Below are positions 48,916 to 57,483 of a DNA stretch of 64,000 nucleotides, in pieces (position 1 is the first letter of the stretch; every line of letters begins with the position of its first letter). A program made the position numbers and the translations under genes. The DNA is from a virus: positions 17,209 through 81,208 of the IMG/VR virus record IMGVR_UViG_3300017710_002137. The stretch is one strand, 5' to 3'. The notes below the pieces were generated by a model. The model was not told where the DNA came from, searched no databases, and saw only the letters and a list, made by a program, of their open reading frames with translations.

Positions 48916-49056
48916 ATGAGTGTTTTAAAAAAAATATTTTTATTTCCATATGTGTACGTTAAAAGTTGGTATATCAAGAGAAAATTAAAAAAACAATATA
49001 AAAAGAAATTAGAAGAACTTCGTAAAAGAGACCCATTTATTTACAAGAATCATTAA
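48916..49056 (+). CDS. Small basic hypothetical protein (46 aa), not in the ORF track
   Basis: Translated by hand: MSVLKKIFLFPYVYVKSWYIKRKLKKQYKKKLEELRKRDPFIYKNH. It fills the gap exactly. Confidence 0.65.
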   Translation: MSVLKKIFLFPYVYVKSWYIKRKLKKQYKKKLEELRKRDPFIYKNH

Positions 49057-49070
49057 TTCTTTTTTCTTCC

Positions 49071-49079
49071 ATATTTATA
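49071..49079 (+). promoter_or_regulatory. Putative late promoter ATATTTATA
   Basis: Recurrent motif 21 nt before ATG 49101, with SD-like AAGGTG between. Confidence 0.6.
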
Positions 49080-49100
49080 TACTGACAAGGTGTACCAAAT

Positions 49101-52100
49101 ATGAATGAACTTTCCAAATTTCTCGTAGAGAGTATAATGGAGGATGCGAATCCTATTAAAAAAACAGTAGTTATCTATGTGGGTAGGTTTCAACCTATGC
49201 ACAAAGGACACTATGGTACTTACCAACACCTTGTCAAAAAGTTCGGTAAGGATAATGTTTATGTTGGTACATCTGATAAGGTTGAAAAACCTAAATCACC
49301 TTTTAACTTCAAAGAGAAGGTGAAAATTATGACTACTATGTTTGGAATACCAAAATCCAAAATACATAAAGTCAGAAATCCATACAAACCCACAGAAATT
49401 CTTAAAAAGTTTGATGAGAAAACAACTGCATTCGTAACTGTTGTTGGTGAGAAAGATAAAAGTAGATTAAAGCCAGATAGTGGTAAATACTTTCAATCAT
49501 ACAAAGGAGAACCATCTGTGGGATATAGGGATGGTGGTTATGTTTATGTTGCACCTCAAAGTGGTGGTGGAATAAGTGGTACAGAAACTCGTAATGGTTT
49601 ATCGGTTGGTTCTGATGAACAGAAAAAGGATTTCTTTAAGAAACGAGCGTATGGAAAGTTCAACGCAACTATCTTTAAGATGATTACTGATAAACTCGAT
49701 GAGGGAATTGAAATTTCTAAAGAGATGATTGAGGAGTGGTTAATCAATGAGAGTTCTAAGATGGGAAGTGGTCAAGCAGATGATGGGCCAAACTTCTTTT
49801 TTCCCAATTACGATGTATTTTCCAAGATAAATGTAGATAGAGCAACACGAATTGGTTATGAGGTAGTTAATATGATTTCTAACAAAGAGTTAGAAGATAT
49901 TTACGACCATCCAATTTATCCCAATGGGCCTGTTGGAGCGGTAACACCTTTTCCTGCTGGTATCTTGGGTACAACAACTGCAAATAACCAAGTAGATATC
50001 TATTCAACTGATGCTTATTCTAAGTGGTTTAAGCATGTAACTCGTAGTGCATCAATGGTTGGTTATGAGTTAGTAAAAGGATTGGGAATCAATAAGGATG
50101 TAAAAGATGCATCGTTAGATTCTCAAAAAGGTGATAAGAAAGCACAACAAGAGTATGAAGCATCTTTAAATGAAAATATAGTACTACCAATTAAAGTTGG
50201 GGATACTATTATGACTGGTAGATTTAAAAACAAGAAAACAATTGTTAAATCAATCGGTAAAGATGAACATGGGATGCCTACTATTAATGGTAGAAAAGTA
50301 GTTAACTTCAGAATGGTTAAGGAAGGGTTTATATCAGAACTTGCAGGAACAGCTGTAAAGTGTAAAAAGTGTAATCACTCTTGGGAAATTGAATCTGAAG
50401 ATACCGAAAAGTACTTATGTCATTCATGTGGATGGGATTCTCAGAAACAAGAGTATGATTTTGATGCATTTGATTCTTGGAAAGAGAAAATGGGTTTGAA
50501 TGAAGAACTCGATGAACGAGGGAAAATGAGACCTTCTGATAAATTGAGAAGAAAAGCGGCAATGGCTGGTAAGAGAGCTCAAATAGCAAGAAGAAGAGCA
50601 AGAACGATGAAAAGAAGAAAACCTCTTGCTAAACTTAAGAAGATTGCTTACAAAATGGCATACAGACAAGTTTATGATGAGTTTGCAAAAGATTTATTTC
50701 CTGATATCAAAAAATCTGATTTAAGTATAAAACAATCACAAGTAGTTCACAAAAACGTAGTTAGAAAAAAAGGTAGAATAATGAAAAGAGCTAAGTTTAG
50801 ATTTCTACCAGCTCTTAGACAAAAAGAATTTGATAAGTTTCAAGGTAAAAACGAAAACATGATTGGGTATGCAGGACCTGAAGATATGAAACGTTTTGAT
50901 AAACAAAATAAGGAATATAGAAAAACAGCAGATTCCGATAAAGAGTATCAATACGAACCAATCAAAGAAGTAAATGAATTCTTTTACATGGATTTTAAAA
51001 AGTATGTTTATAAAAACAGAAAACAAATCAACCAAAAGATAAAAGGATTATCAGATAAAGAAAAAAAGAAGTTTTTAGAGTTACTTTGGAAAAAACAAAT
51101 TGGTAAAGGATTTGGTAAAGATGTAGATGGTAGTGAATTACACCAAATGTTAAAAAAAGACAAAGTAGTTAAAGAAGGATTAAAAGAATTAGGAATAAAA
51201 GATTTTAAATCGTTATTTAAGAAAATGCCTTCTGATTTACAAAAGAGAGTTTACAATCTAAAGAACTTTGGACAGAGAGTAGATAAACATCCTGAAGGAA
51301 ATGTTCTTAAACACACAATCACAGTTGTAAATCGTTCAATCAAAGAAGATGATATTGATATTGCAATTGCAGCAATGTTCCATGATATAGGAAAAGATGA
51401 AACTGCTGGTATCCATCCAAAGAAAGGACATATTACTCACTTCGGTCATGAGAAAGTATCTGCGAACTTGGTAAACAAATACAAAAAATGGATTCAATCA
51501 GTTGGTGGAGATGTGGATTCGGTTCATTATATCGTAAAAAATCATATGAGATACAAACAACTATCTGATATGAGACCAAAGAAACAGGCAGATTTAAAAT
51601 CACATCCTTTATTTAGTAAACTAAGTAAATTTTCTAAACACGATAGAGGTGGATTGGATGAATCTACTTTAAAATTAAGAGTTCCATCAGATATTCTAAA
51701 AATTCAAAAAGGATTTAAAAAGAATGGTAAGAAACTTTATGTAGTTGGTGGAGCTGTAAGGGATGCTATACTTGGAAAATCACCAAAGGACTTTGATTTG
51801 GCAACAGATGCAAAACCAGATGAGGTTTTAAAGATTGCCAAGGATTTAGGAATGAAAACTGTTGAGGTTGGTAAATCATTCGGAGTTGTAATGGTTGGTG
51901 GACATGAAATAGCAACATTTAGAAAAGATATTGGTAAAGGTAGGAGACCTTCATCTGTTGATTATACAGATATCGAGGGTGATGTACGAAGAAGAGATTT
52001 AACTATTAATGCTTTATTCTATGATATCGATAGAAAAGAGATAGTTGATTTAGTTGGTGGTATAAAAGATTTACAAAAGAAGAAAATCAGAACAGTTGGT

Positions 52101-54041
52101 AAGGCAGAAGAAAGATTTGATGAGGACCCGTTAAGAAAACTAAGAGCTTTAAGATTCCAAGCAAGGTTGGGTGGTAACTTAGATAAAGAATTACTTGATG
52201 CTTTACAAAAAGACCCATCACTTAAAGGAGTATCATTTGAAAGAGTTAGAGATGAGGTTATAAAATCAATCAAATCAGCTAAAGATACTAAAAAGTATAT
52301 GGAGTTGAATGATAAGATTGGATTCACTTCACTAATATTCCCAAATCTTAAAATATCTAAACCTTACATCAAGGATAATGATTATATCTTGTTCCTTGCA
52401 TCACTATTCAAAAAGAATTCACCTTCGGTATTAGGAAAACAATTAAACAAATTAACTTATTCTAATGACGAAAAAAATAATATTGTATTTTTAGTATCAT
52501 TACAACACTTTAGACCAGAAGAAATTGTAGTATTCAAGAAACTACAAGAAAAAACATCTTTATCAGATGACCAAATCCTTAAATTTGGTAAGTTGATTGG
52601 GAAGGATATGAAAAAGTTCGTAAACTTTAACTTATCTATTGGTGGAAAGGATGTTCCATCTGATATCAAAGGACCTGAAATAGGATTGTGGATTAAAAAT
52701 AAAGAAAAGGAAAAATTTATGAATGAAATAGAACAACTAATAAGTGATATTGATGATAAGTTGGTTGAAATGTTTTTACCAAACACTAAAACACCACAAC
52801 AACTAATAAAAGAAAACATAAACGAATCTAAATTACTCCAAGAAGGTGGTGCGTATGGACATATGTCTCACCCATTTGATACTGATATCAATTTAACCTT
52901 TGGACAACTTAAAGATATCGTAAATAGAGCACTTGAAGGTACACTTGAGTACACCAGAGAGAAAACCGATGGTCAAGCTCTTGCTATTTCATGGAGAGAT
53001 GGGAGATTAGTAGCAGCAAGAAACAAAGGACACTTAAAAAACAAAGGTGAGAACGCTTTAGATATCAAAGGTGTATCAGATAAGTTCCAAGGTAGAGGAG
53101 GTTTATCAGATGCATACAATTATGCTATGAAAGACCTTTCAAATGCAATAAAATCCCTTTCAGATAAACAAAGAGATAAGGTATTCAAACAAGGAGCGTG
53201 TTTTATGAACCTTGAAGTGATATATCCAACATCAGTTAATGTGATTCCTTATGGCCAAGCGTTACTTGTATTTCATGGAACTATGGAATATAACGATGAG
53301 GGTGTTGCTATAGGTGAAAATGGTGAAGCAGCAAGAATATTAGCTGGTATGATTAAACAAGTGAACAAAGATGTACAAGATAACTACACTATTCAAGGCC
53401 CACCTGTTGTAAAATTACCAAAATCACAAGATTTATCTAAAAAACGTAGTAAATATTCATCACAGATATCTAAATTACAGAAAGAATTTAGTTTAAAGGA
53501 TACTGATGGTGTTGCAAACTATCACCAAGCATGGTGGGAACAATGGGTTGATAAAAATTCACCATCAACACTCGATAACAAAACCAAAATGGGGTTAGTT
53601 AAGAGATGGGCATTCATGGATAAGAAGTTTAGATTAGATAAAAAGAATATTACTGATGAAAAAACATTAGAGTGGGCTAAGAAAACAGATAAAGATGACC
53701 AAAAAAAGATTTCTAAACAGAATCTAATGAAGTTTGAACAGATTTTCTTAGGATTAGGTGCAGAAGTATTAGAATTTACTTCATCTGCTTTAACTGTTAA
53801 TCCTGATTCCGCAGTTCGTGATATGAAAAAACGAATTGATAAAACAATCAAAGATGTTAAGAAATCAGGTGACCCAAAGAAGATAGAAAAACTTAAATTA
53901 GAACTTGGTAGATTAAATTCTATTGGTGGTTCTAATAAAATTGTACCAAATGAAGGTATTGTATTCTTATATAATGGTAATACTTTCAAACTCACAGGAA
54001 CATTTGCATCAGTAAATCAAATACTCGGTATTTTCTTCTAA
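49101..54041 (+). CDS. 1646-aa multidomain protein: HxGH nucleotidyltransferase, small modules (Zn ribbon, basic domain), HD phosphohydrolase, CCA-adding-type nucleotidyltransferase, ATP-dependent ligase-like domain
   Basis: GRFQPMHKGH...ISGT (aa 28-161); CKKC/CHSC (421-443); HPEG..H/HDIGK (730-765); GGAVRD/DFD/RRD/EDPLR (883-1012); EKTDG (1287-1291)...EGIVF (1618-1622)...K1630. Confidence 0.85.
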   Translation: MNELSKFLVESIMEDANPIKKTVVIYVGRFQPMHKGHYGTYQHLVKKFGKDNVYVGTSDKVEKPKSPFNFKEKVKIMTTMFGIPKSKIHKVRNPYKPTEILKKFDEKTTAFVTVVGEKDKSRLKPDSGKYFQSYKGEPSVGYRDGGYVYVAPQSGGGISGTETRNGLSVGSDEQKKDFFKKRAYGKFNATIFKMITDKLDEGIEISKEMIEEWLINESSKMGSGQADDGPNFFFPNYDVFSKINVDRATRIGYEVVNMISNKELEDIYDHPIYPNGPVGAVTPFPAGILGTTTANNQVDIYSTDAYSKWFKHVTRSASMVGYELVKGLGINKDVKDASLDSQKGDKKAQQEYEASLNENIVLPIKVGDTIMTGRFKNKKTIVKSIGKDEHGMPTINGRKVVNFRMVKEGFISELAGTAVKCKKCNHSWEIESEDTEKYLCHSCGWDSQKQEYDFDAFDSWKEKMGLNEELDERGKMRPSDKLRRKAAMAGKRAQIARRRARTMKRRKPLAKLKKIAYKMAYRQVYDEFAKDLFPDIKKSDLSIKQSQVVHKNVVRKKGRIMKRAKFRFLPALRQKEFDKFQGKNENMIGYAGPEDMKRFDKQNKEYRKTADSDKEYQYEPIKEVNEFFYMDFKKYVYKNRKQINQKIKGLSDKEKKKFLELLWKKQIGKGFGKDVDGSELHQMLKKDKVVKEGLKELGIKDFKSLFKKMPSDLQKRVYNLKNFGQRVDKHPEGNVLKHTITVVNRSIKEDDIDIAIAAMFHDIGKDETAGIHPKKGHITHFGHEKVSANLVNKYKKWIQSVGGDVDSVHYIVKNHMRYKQLSDMRPKKQADLKSHPLFSKLSKFSKHDRGGLDESTLKLRVPSDILKIQKGFKKNGKKLYVVGGAVRDAILGKSPKDFDLATDAKPDEVLKIAKDLGMKTVEVGKSFGVVMVGGHEIATFRKDIGKGRRPSSVDYTDIEGDVRRRDLTINALFYDIDRKEIVDLVGGIKDLQKKKIRTVGKAEERFDEDPLRKLRALRFQARLGGNLDKELLDALQKDPSLKGVSFERVRDEVIKSIKSAKDTKKYMELNDKIGFTSLIFPNLKISKPYIKDNDYILFLASLFKKNSPSVLGKQLNKLTYSNDEKNNIVFLVSLQHFRPEEIVVFKKLQEKTSLSDDQILKFGKLIGKDMKKFVNFNLSIGGKDVPSDIKGPEIGLWIKNKEKEKFMNEIEQLISDIDDKLVEMFLPNTKTPQQLIKENINESKLLQEGGAYGHMSHPFDTDINLTFGQLKDIVNRALEGTLEYTREKTDGQALAISWRDGRLVAARNKGHLKNKGENALDIKGVSDKFQGRGGLSDAYNYAMKDLSNAIKSLSDKQRDKVFKQGACFMNLEVIYPTSVNVIPYGQALLVFHGTMEYNDEGVAIGENGEAARILAGMIKQVNKDVQDNYTIQGPPVVKLPKSQDLSKKRSKYSSQISKLQKEFSLKDTDGVANYHQAWWEQWVDKNSPSTLDNKTKMGLVKRWAFMDKKFRLDKKNITDEKTLEWAKKTDKDDQKKISKQNLMKFEQIFLGLGAEVLEFTSSALTVNPDSAVRDMKKRIDKTIKDVKKSGDPKKIEKLKLELGRLNSIGGSNKIVPNEGIVFLYNGNTFKLTGTFASVNQILGIFF

Positions 54042-54064
54042 AATTTCGGTTTCTCTATTTTTAT

Positions 54065-54073
54065 ATATTTATA
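54065..54073 (+). promoter_or_regulatory. Putative late promoter ATATTTATA
   Basis: Recurrent motif 26 nt before ATG 54100. Confidence 0.55.
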
Positions 54074-54099
54074 TACACAACATAACCTAATGTATAATA

Positions 54100-54756
54100 A
54101 TGGGAAAAGAATTTAAAAAGAAATATATGCATCCAACTCGTAGAAAGTTGGTAGATATGGTTCAGACAGGAAAGTATGATAAAAATACAACTGTTGGTTG
54201 GACTAAAAAGAAAGAATCTCATAAAGTAGGTGATGTTTGGGAAGATGAACATAGTAAATATGAACAAAAAGAAGGCTATGTTTTAAAAACGGGTAAAAAT
54301 TCTGAAGCATTACAAGAAATCAGAAAATATCTCGAAGAAAAATCAAAATGTAAAAACTCTGAGTGTAAAACTATTAAAAAATCTGCAAAAGATTTGAAGT
54401 TTATACAAAATGGTGGGTTTTGCATGAATTGTACATCAATAAGAGAAACCGAATTAAGAGCGGTTGGATTATTTCAAGAATATCAAGATTATAAGATATT
54501 TACTCGTATGATTGTGTTTGGTAAAACAAAATTAGAAGAATTAAAACAATCACTAAAAGATATCAAACCATTTTATGAATATGTAAATGAAGATGGAACG
54601 GTTGAAAAGTGGGAATTACCAAATTCGATTGAAGATACAAAAAAAGATATTCAAGAAATGATAGATAATGGGACAAAAGAAATCGAAGAGTTAGAAAACA
54701 AAAGAATTAAGGCCTTCGATATATTAAAGGAAAAAAATTATGAGCATTTTATTTAG
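54100..54756 (+). CDS. Hypothetical protein with Cys motifs
   Basis: 218 aa; KVGDVWED, C-x4-C...CMNC, C-terminal coiled coil; two genes upstream of the terminase. Confidence 0.7.
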   Translation: MGKEFKKKYMHPTRRKLVDMVQTGKYDKNTTVGWTKKKESHKVGDVWEDEHSKYEQKEGYVLKTGKNSEALQEIRKYLEEKSKCKNSECKTIKKSAKDLKFIQNGGFCMNCTSIRETELRAVGLFQEYQDYKIFTRMIVFGKTKLEELKQSLKDIKPFYEYVNEDGTVEKWELPNSIEDTKKDIQEMIDNGTKEIEELENKRIKAFDILKEKNYEHFI

Positions 54757-55429
54757 TTTACTATCAAAAAGGTGGAAAGAATTATTTATCCTACTATTAA
54801 TAGGAGTTATCTTTTTAATGAGAGGATGTGGAACGGATTTCGAAGATAAAGAAATCATTAATGTAGATGGTAAAGATTTTGAATTAATAAAAAAAGAAAT
54901 AGATACTGTATTTGTAGAAAAAGAAGTTAAAGTAACAAAGTATGTACCAAAGTACATTACAAAAGAAGTAATTAAAGAAGTTGAAATACCAATAGATGTA
55001 GATTCACTTGCAATTATTAAAGATTATTTTTCTAAAATAACAGTAAAAGATACATTGAACTTAACTTATGAGTTCCCAACAGAAGTAACTGATTCATTAG
55101 GAGCAAAACCAGATAGTAGTTTAGGATTTGGTATTCTTACTGATGTTATTTCACAAAATAGAATCGAATCAAGAGAAATTGATTGGTTCTTCAAGATTCC
55201 AACTGTTTACAATACTACCATTGTAAAAGAGTTACCTAAAAACGAATTTTATTATGGTTTCGGATTAGGAGTTGACCAAACAAATGGGTTTGGTAACTTA
55301 AGTGTTAATGGATTGTTAAAAACTAAGAAGATGAATATCTATGGATTGAATGTAGGTTTATCTAATCAAGGTGGAGAATACAAACCATTCGTTGGAACAT
55401 CTCTCTATTGGAAAATAGGAAAAAAATAA
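54740..55429 (+). CDS. Membrane-anchored protein with C-terminal amphipathic beta strands (spanin candidate)
   Basis: N-terminal hydrophobic LFILLLIGVIFLMRGC; DT-rich extended middle; terminal strands FYYGFGLG, LSVNGLLK, IYGLNVG, FVGTSLYWKI. Confidence 0.55.
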   Translation: MSILFSLLSKRWKELFILLLIGVIFLMRGCGTDFEDKEIINVDGKDFELIKKEIDTVFVEKEVKVTKYVPKYITKEVIKEVEIPIDVDSLAIIKDYFSKITVKDTLNLTYEFPTEVTDSLGAKPDSSLGFGILTDVISQNRIESREIDWFFKIPTVYNTTIVKELPKNEFYYGFGLGVDQTNGFGNLSVNGLLKTKKMNIYGLNVGLSNQGGEYKPFVGTSLYWKIGKK

Positions 55430-55432
55430 AAA

Positions 55433-57025
55433 ATGGCTAAACAGAGTTTAAAGGAAATAATTAAACTTGAGTATCAAAAATGTGCACAAGACCCAATCTA
55501 CTTTATGAAAAAGTATTGTATGATTCAGCATCCTGTGCGAGGTAAGATTCCTTTTCACTTATATCAGTTTCAAGAAAGAACTTTAGACCAATTCGCAGAA
55601 CATCGTTATAACATTATCCTTAAATCTCGACAAACAGGTATCTCAACCTTAACTGCGGGATTTTCACTTTGGAAAATGTTATTCAATCAAGATTTTAATG
55701 TATTAGTAATTGCAACTAAACAAGAAGTTGCCAAGAACCTTGTAACGAAGGTTCGTGTAATGAATCAGTACTTACCATCATGGTTAAAACAAACAACAGT
55801 AGAAGATAACAAACTATCCTTAAGATACTCGAATGGTTCTCAGATAAAAGCAACTTCAGCCGCTGGTGATGCTGGTCGTTCTGAAGCATTATCCTTATTG
55901 GTATTTGATGAAGCTGCATTTATTGATAAGATTGAAGATATTTGGATATCAGCACAATCTACCTTATCAACGGGTGGTAATGCAATTATTCTTTCTACAC
56001 CAAATGGTGTCGGAAATTTCTTTCATAAAACTTGGGTAGGTGCTGAAGAAGAAGAAAACGGATTCAATCCAATCAGATTACATTGGAGTGTTCATCCTGA
56101 AAGAAATCAAGATTGGAGAGATGAACAAGAAGTACTATTAGGAGTAAAGGGAGCCGCACAAGAATGTGATTGTGATTTCGTTTCTTCTGGTGATACTGTG
56201 ATTGACCCTCAACTTCTTATGTTCTATAAAGAATCCTTTTGTCAAGAACCAATAGAGAAAACAGGATTCGATGGAAACCTTTGGAAGTGGGAATATCCCA
56301 ACTATAATAAAACATATATGGTAGTTGCGGATGTTGCTCGTGGAGATTCAACTGATTATTCAGCATGTCATGTTATAGATGTTGAAGAAGCTTCACAAGT
56401 TGCAGAATACAGAGGTAAATTGGATACTAAAGATTTTGGAAACTTTTTAGTTTCATTGGCAACTGATTACAATCAAGCACTATTAGTAATTGAAAACGCA
56501 AATATTGGTTGGGCAGTTATACAACAAGTAATTGATAGAGGATATGGAAATCTTTTCTACATGAGTAAAGATTTAAAGTATGTAGATGTTGAACATCAAC
56601 TATCAAATAGATACCGTGCCGAGGAACGAGGGATGGTTGCAGGATTTTCGACAACTTCTAAAACTCGACCTTTGATTATATCAAAGTTGGATGATTATTT
56701 TAGAGATAAATCTGTAACAGTTCGTTCAACACGATTAATTGATGAATTGTTTACATTTATATGGAGAGGAAATAGAGCCGAAGCCATGAGTGGATACAAT
56801 GATGATTTAACAATGGCATTCGCAATCGGATTGTGGGTTAGAGATACTGCACTTAGATTAAGACAAGAAGGAATTGATTTAACAAAACAAGCATTAGGTG
56901 GTATTGGAGCACATTCATTGGATGTAGTTGGTATGGGATTTGGTGGTAACTCTTCAATGGAAGATAATCCTTGGAAACAAAGGGTTGGTGATAGAGATGA
57001 GGATTTAACTTGGTTAATTAAATAA
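55433..57025 (+). CDS. terL: Terminase large subunit (T4 gp17-like)
   Basis: LYQFQ, KSRQTGIST (Walker A-like), LLVFDEAAF (Walker B), STPNG, nuclease DVARG...DYS, E-N, DDL. Confidence 0.95.
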   Translation: MAKQSLKEIIKLEYQKCAQDPIYFMKKYCMIQHPVRGKIPFHLYQFQERTLDQFAEHRYNIILKSRQTGISTLTAGFSLWKMLFNQDFNVLVIATKQEVAKNLVTKVRVMNQYLPSWLKQTTVEDNKLSLRYSNGSQIKATSAAGDAGRSEALSLLVFDEAAFIDKIEDIWISAQSTLSTGGNAIILSTPNGVGNFFHKTWVGAEEEENGFNPIRLHWSVHPERNQDWRDEQEVLLGVKGAAQECDCDFVSSGDTVIDPQLLMFYKESFCQEPIEKTGFDGNLWKWEYPNYNKTYMVVADVARGDSTDYSACHVIDVEEASQVAEYRGKLDTKDFGNFLVSLATDYNQALLVIENANIGWAVIQQVIDRGYGNLFYMSKDLKYVDVEHQLSNRYRAEERGMVAGFSTTSKTRPLIISKLDDYFRDKSVTVRSTRLIDELFTFIWRGNRAEAMSGYNDDLTMAFAIGLWVRDTALRLRQEGIDLTKQALGGIGAHSLDVVGMGFGGNSSMEDNPWKQRVGDRDEDLTWLIK

Positions 57026-57029
57026 ATCT

Positions 57030-57038
57030 ATATTTATA
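57030..57038 (+). promoter_or_regulatory. Putative late promoter ATATTTATA, followed by AAGGAG
   Basis: Recurrent motif 19 nt before ATG 57058. Confidence 0.6.
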
Positions 57039-57057
57039 TAGTAAGGAGAAAAATATT

Positions 57058-57444
57058 ATGATTTCAATGAAAAAATTAATTAGTGAAAACGAAAACGAAT
57101 CTTATTGTAATGAGTATTTCGTAGAAAATTACAATGATATTAAAGAATTCTGTGAATTCATGGAATCGTATAAATCTGATATTAACGAAGCAGAATACCA
57201 AGGAAGAAAAGTAAAACTTGGTAAACCAATGCAAGGTGATGTTAAAAAATTCAAAGTATATGTTAAAAATCCTCAAGGTAATGTAGTAAAAGTAAACTTT
57301 GGTCACAAAGGTAAGGGAAATGAAAAGACGATGAAAATTCGTAAGAACAATCCAGATGCAAGAAAAGCATTTAGAGCAAGACACAATTGTGATTCACCAG
57401 GTCCAAGACATAAAGCTAGATACTGGTCATGTAGAAAGTGGTAA
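57058..57444 (+). CDS. Probable internal head protein: acidic leader plus basic domain (DUF6321-like)
   Basis: Starts MISMKKLISE; after INE comes AEYQGRKVKL...VNFG...FRARHNC...ARYWSC. Confidence 0.65.
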   Translation: MISMKKLISENENESYCNEYFVENYNDIKEFCEFMESYKSDINEAEYQGRKVKLGKPMQGDVKKFKVYVKNPQGNVVKVNFGHKGKGNEKTMKIRKNNPDARKAFRARHNCDSPGPRHKARYWSCRKW

Positions 57445-57483
57445 AATAAAATTAAAAGGTTATAAAATTAAATTAGGAACAAG

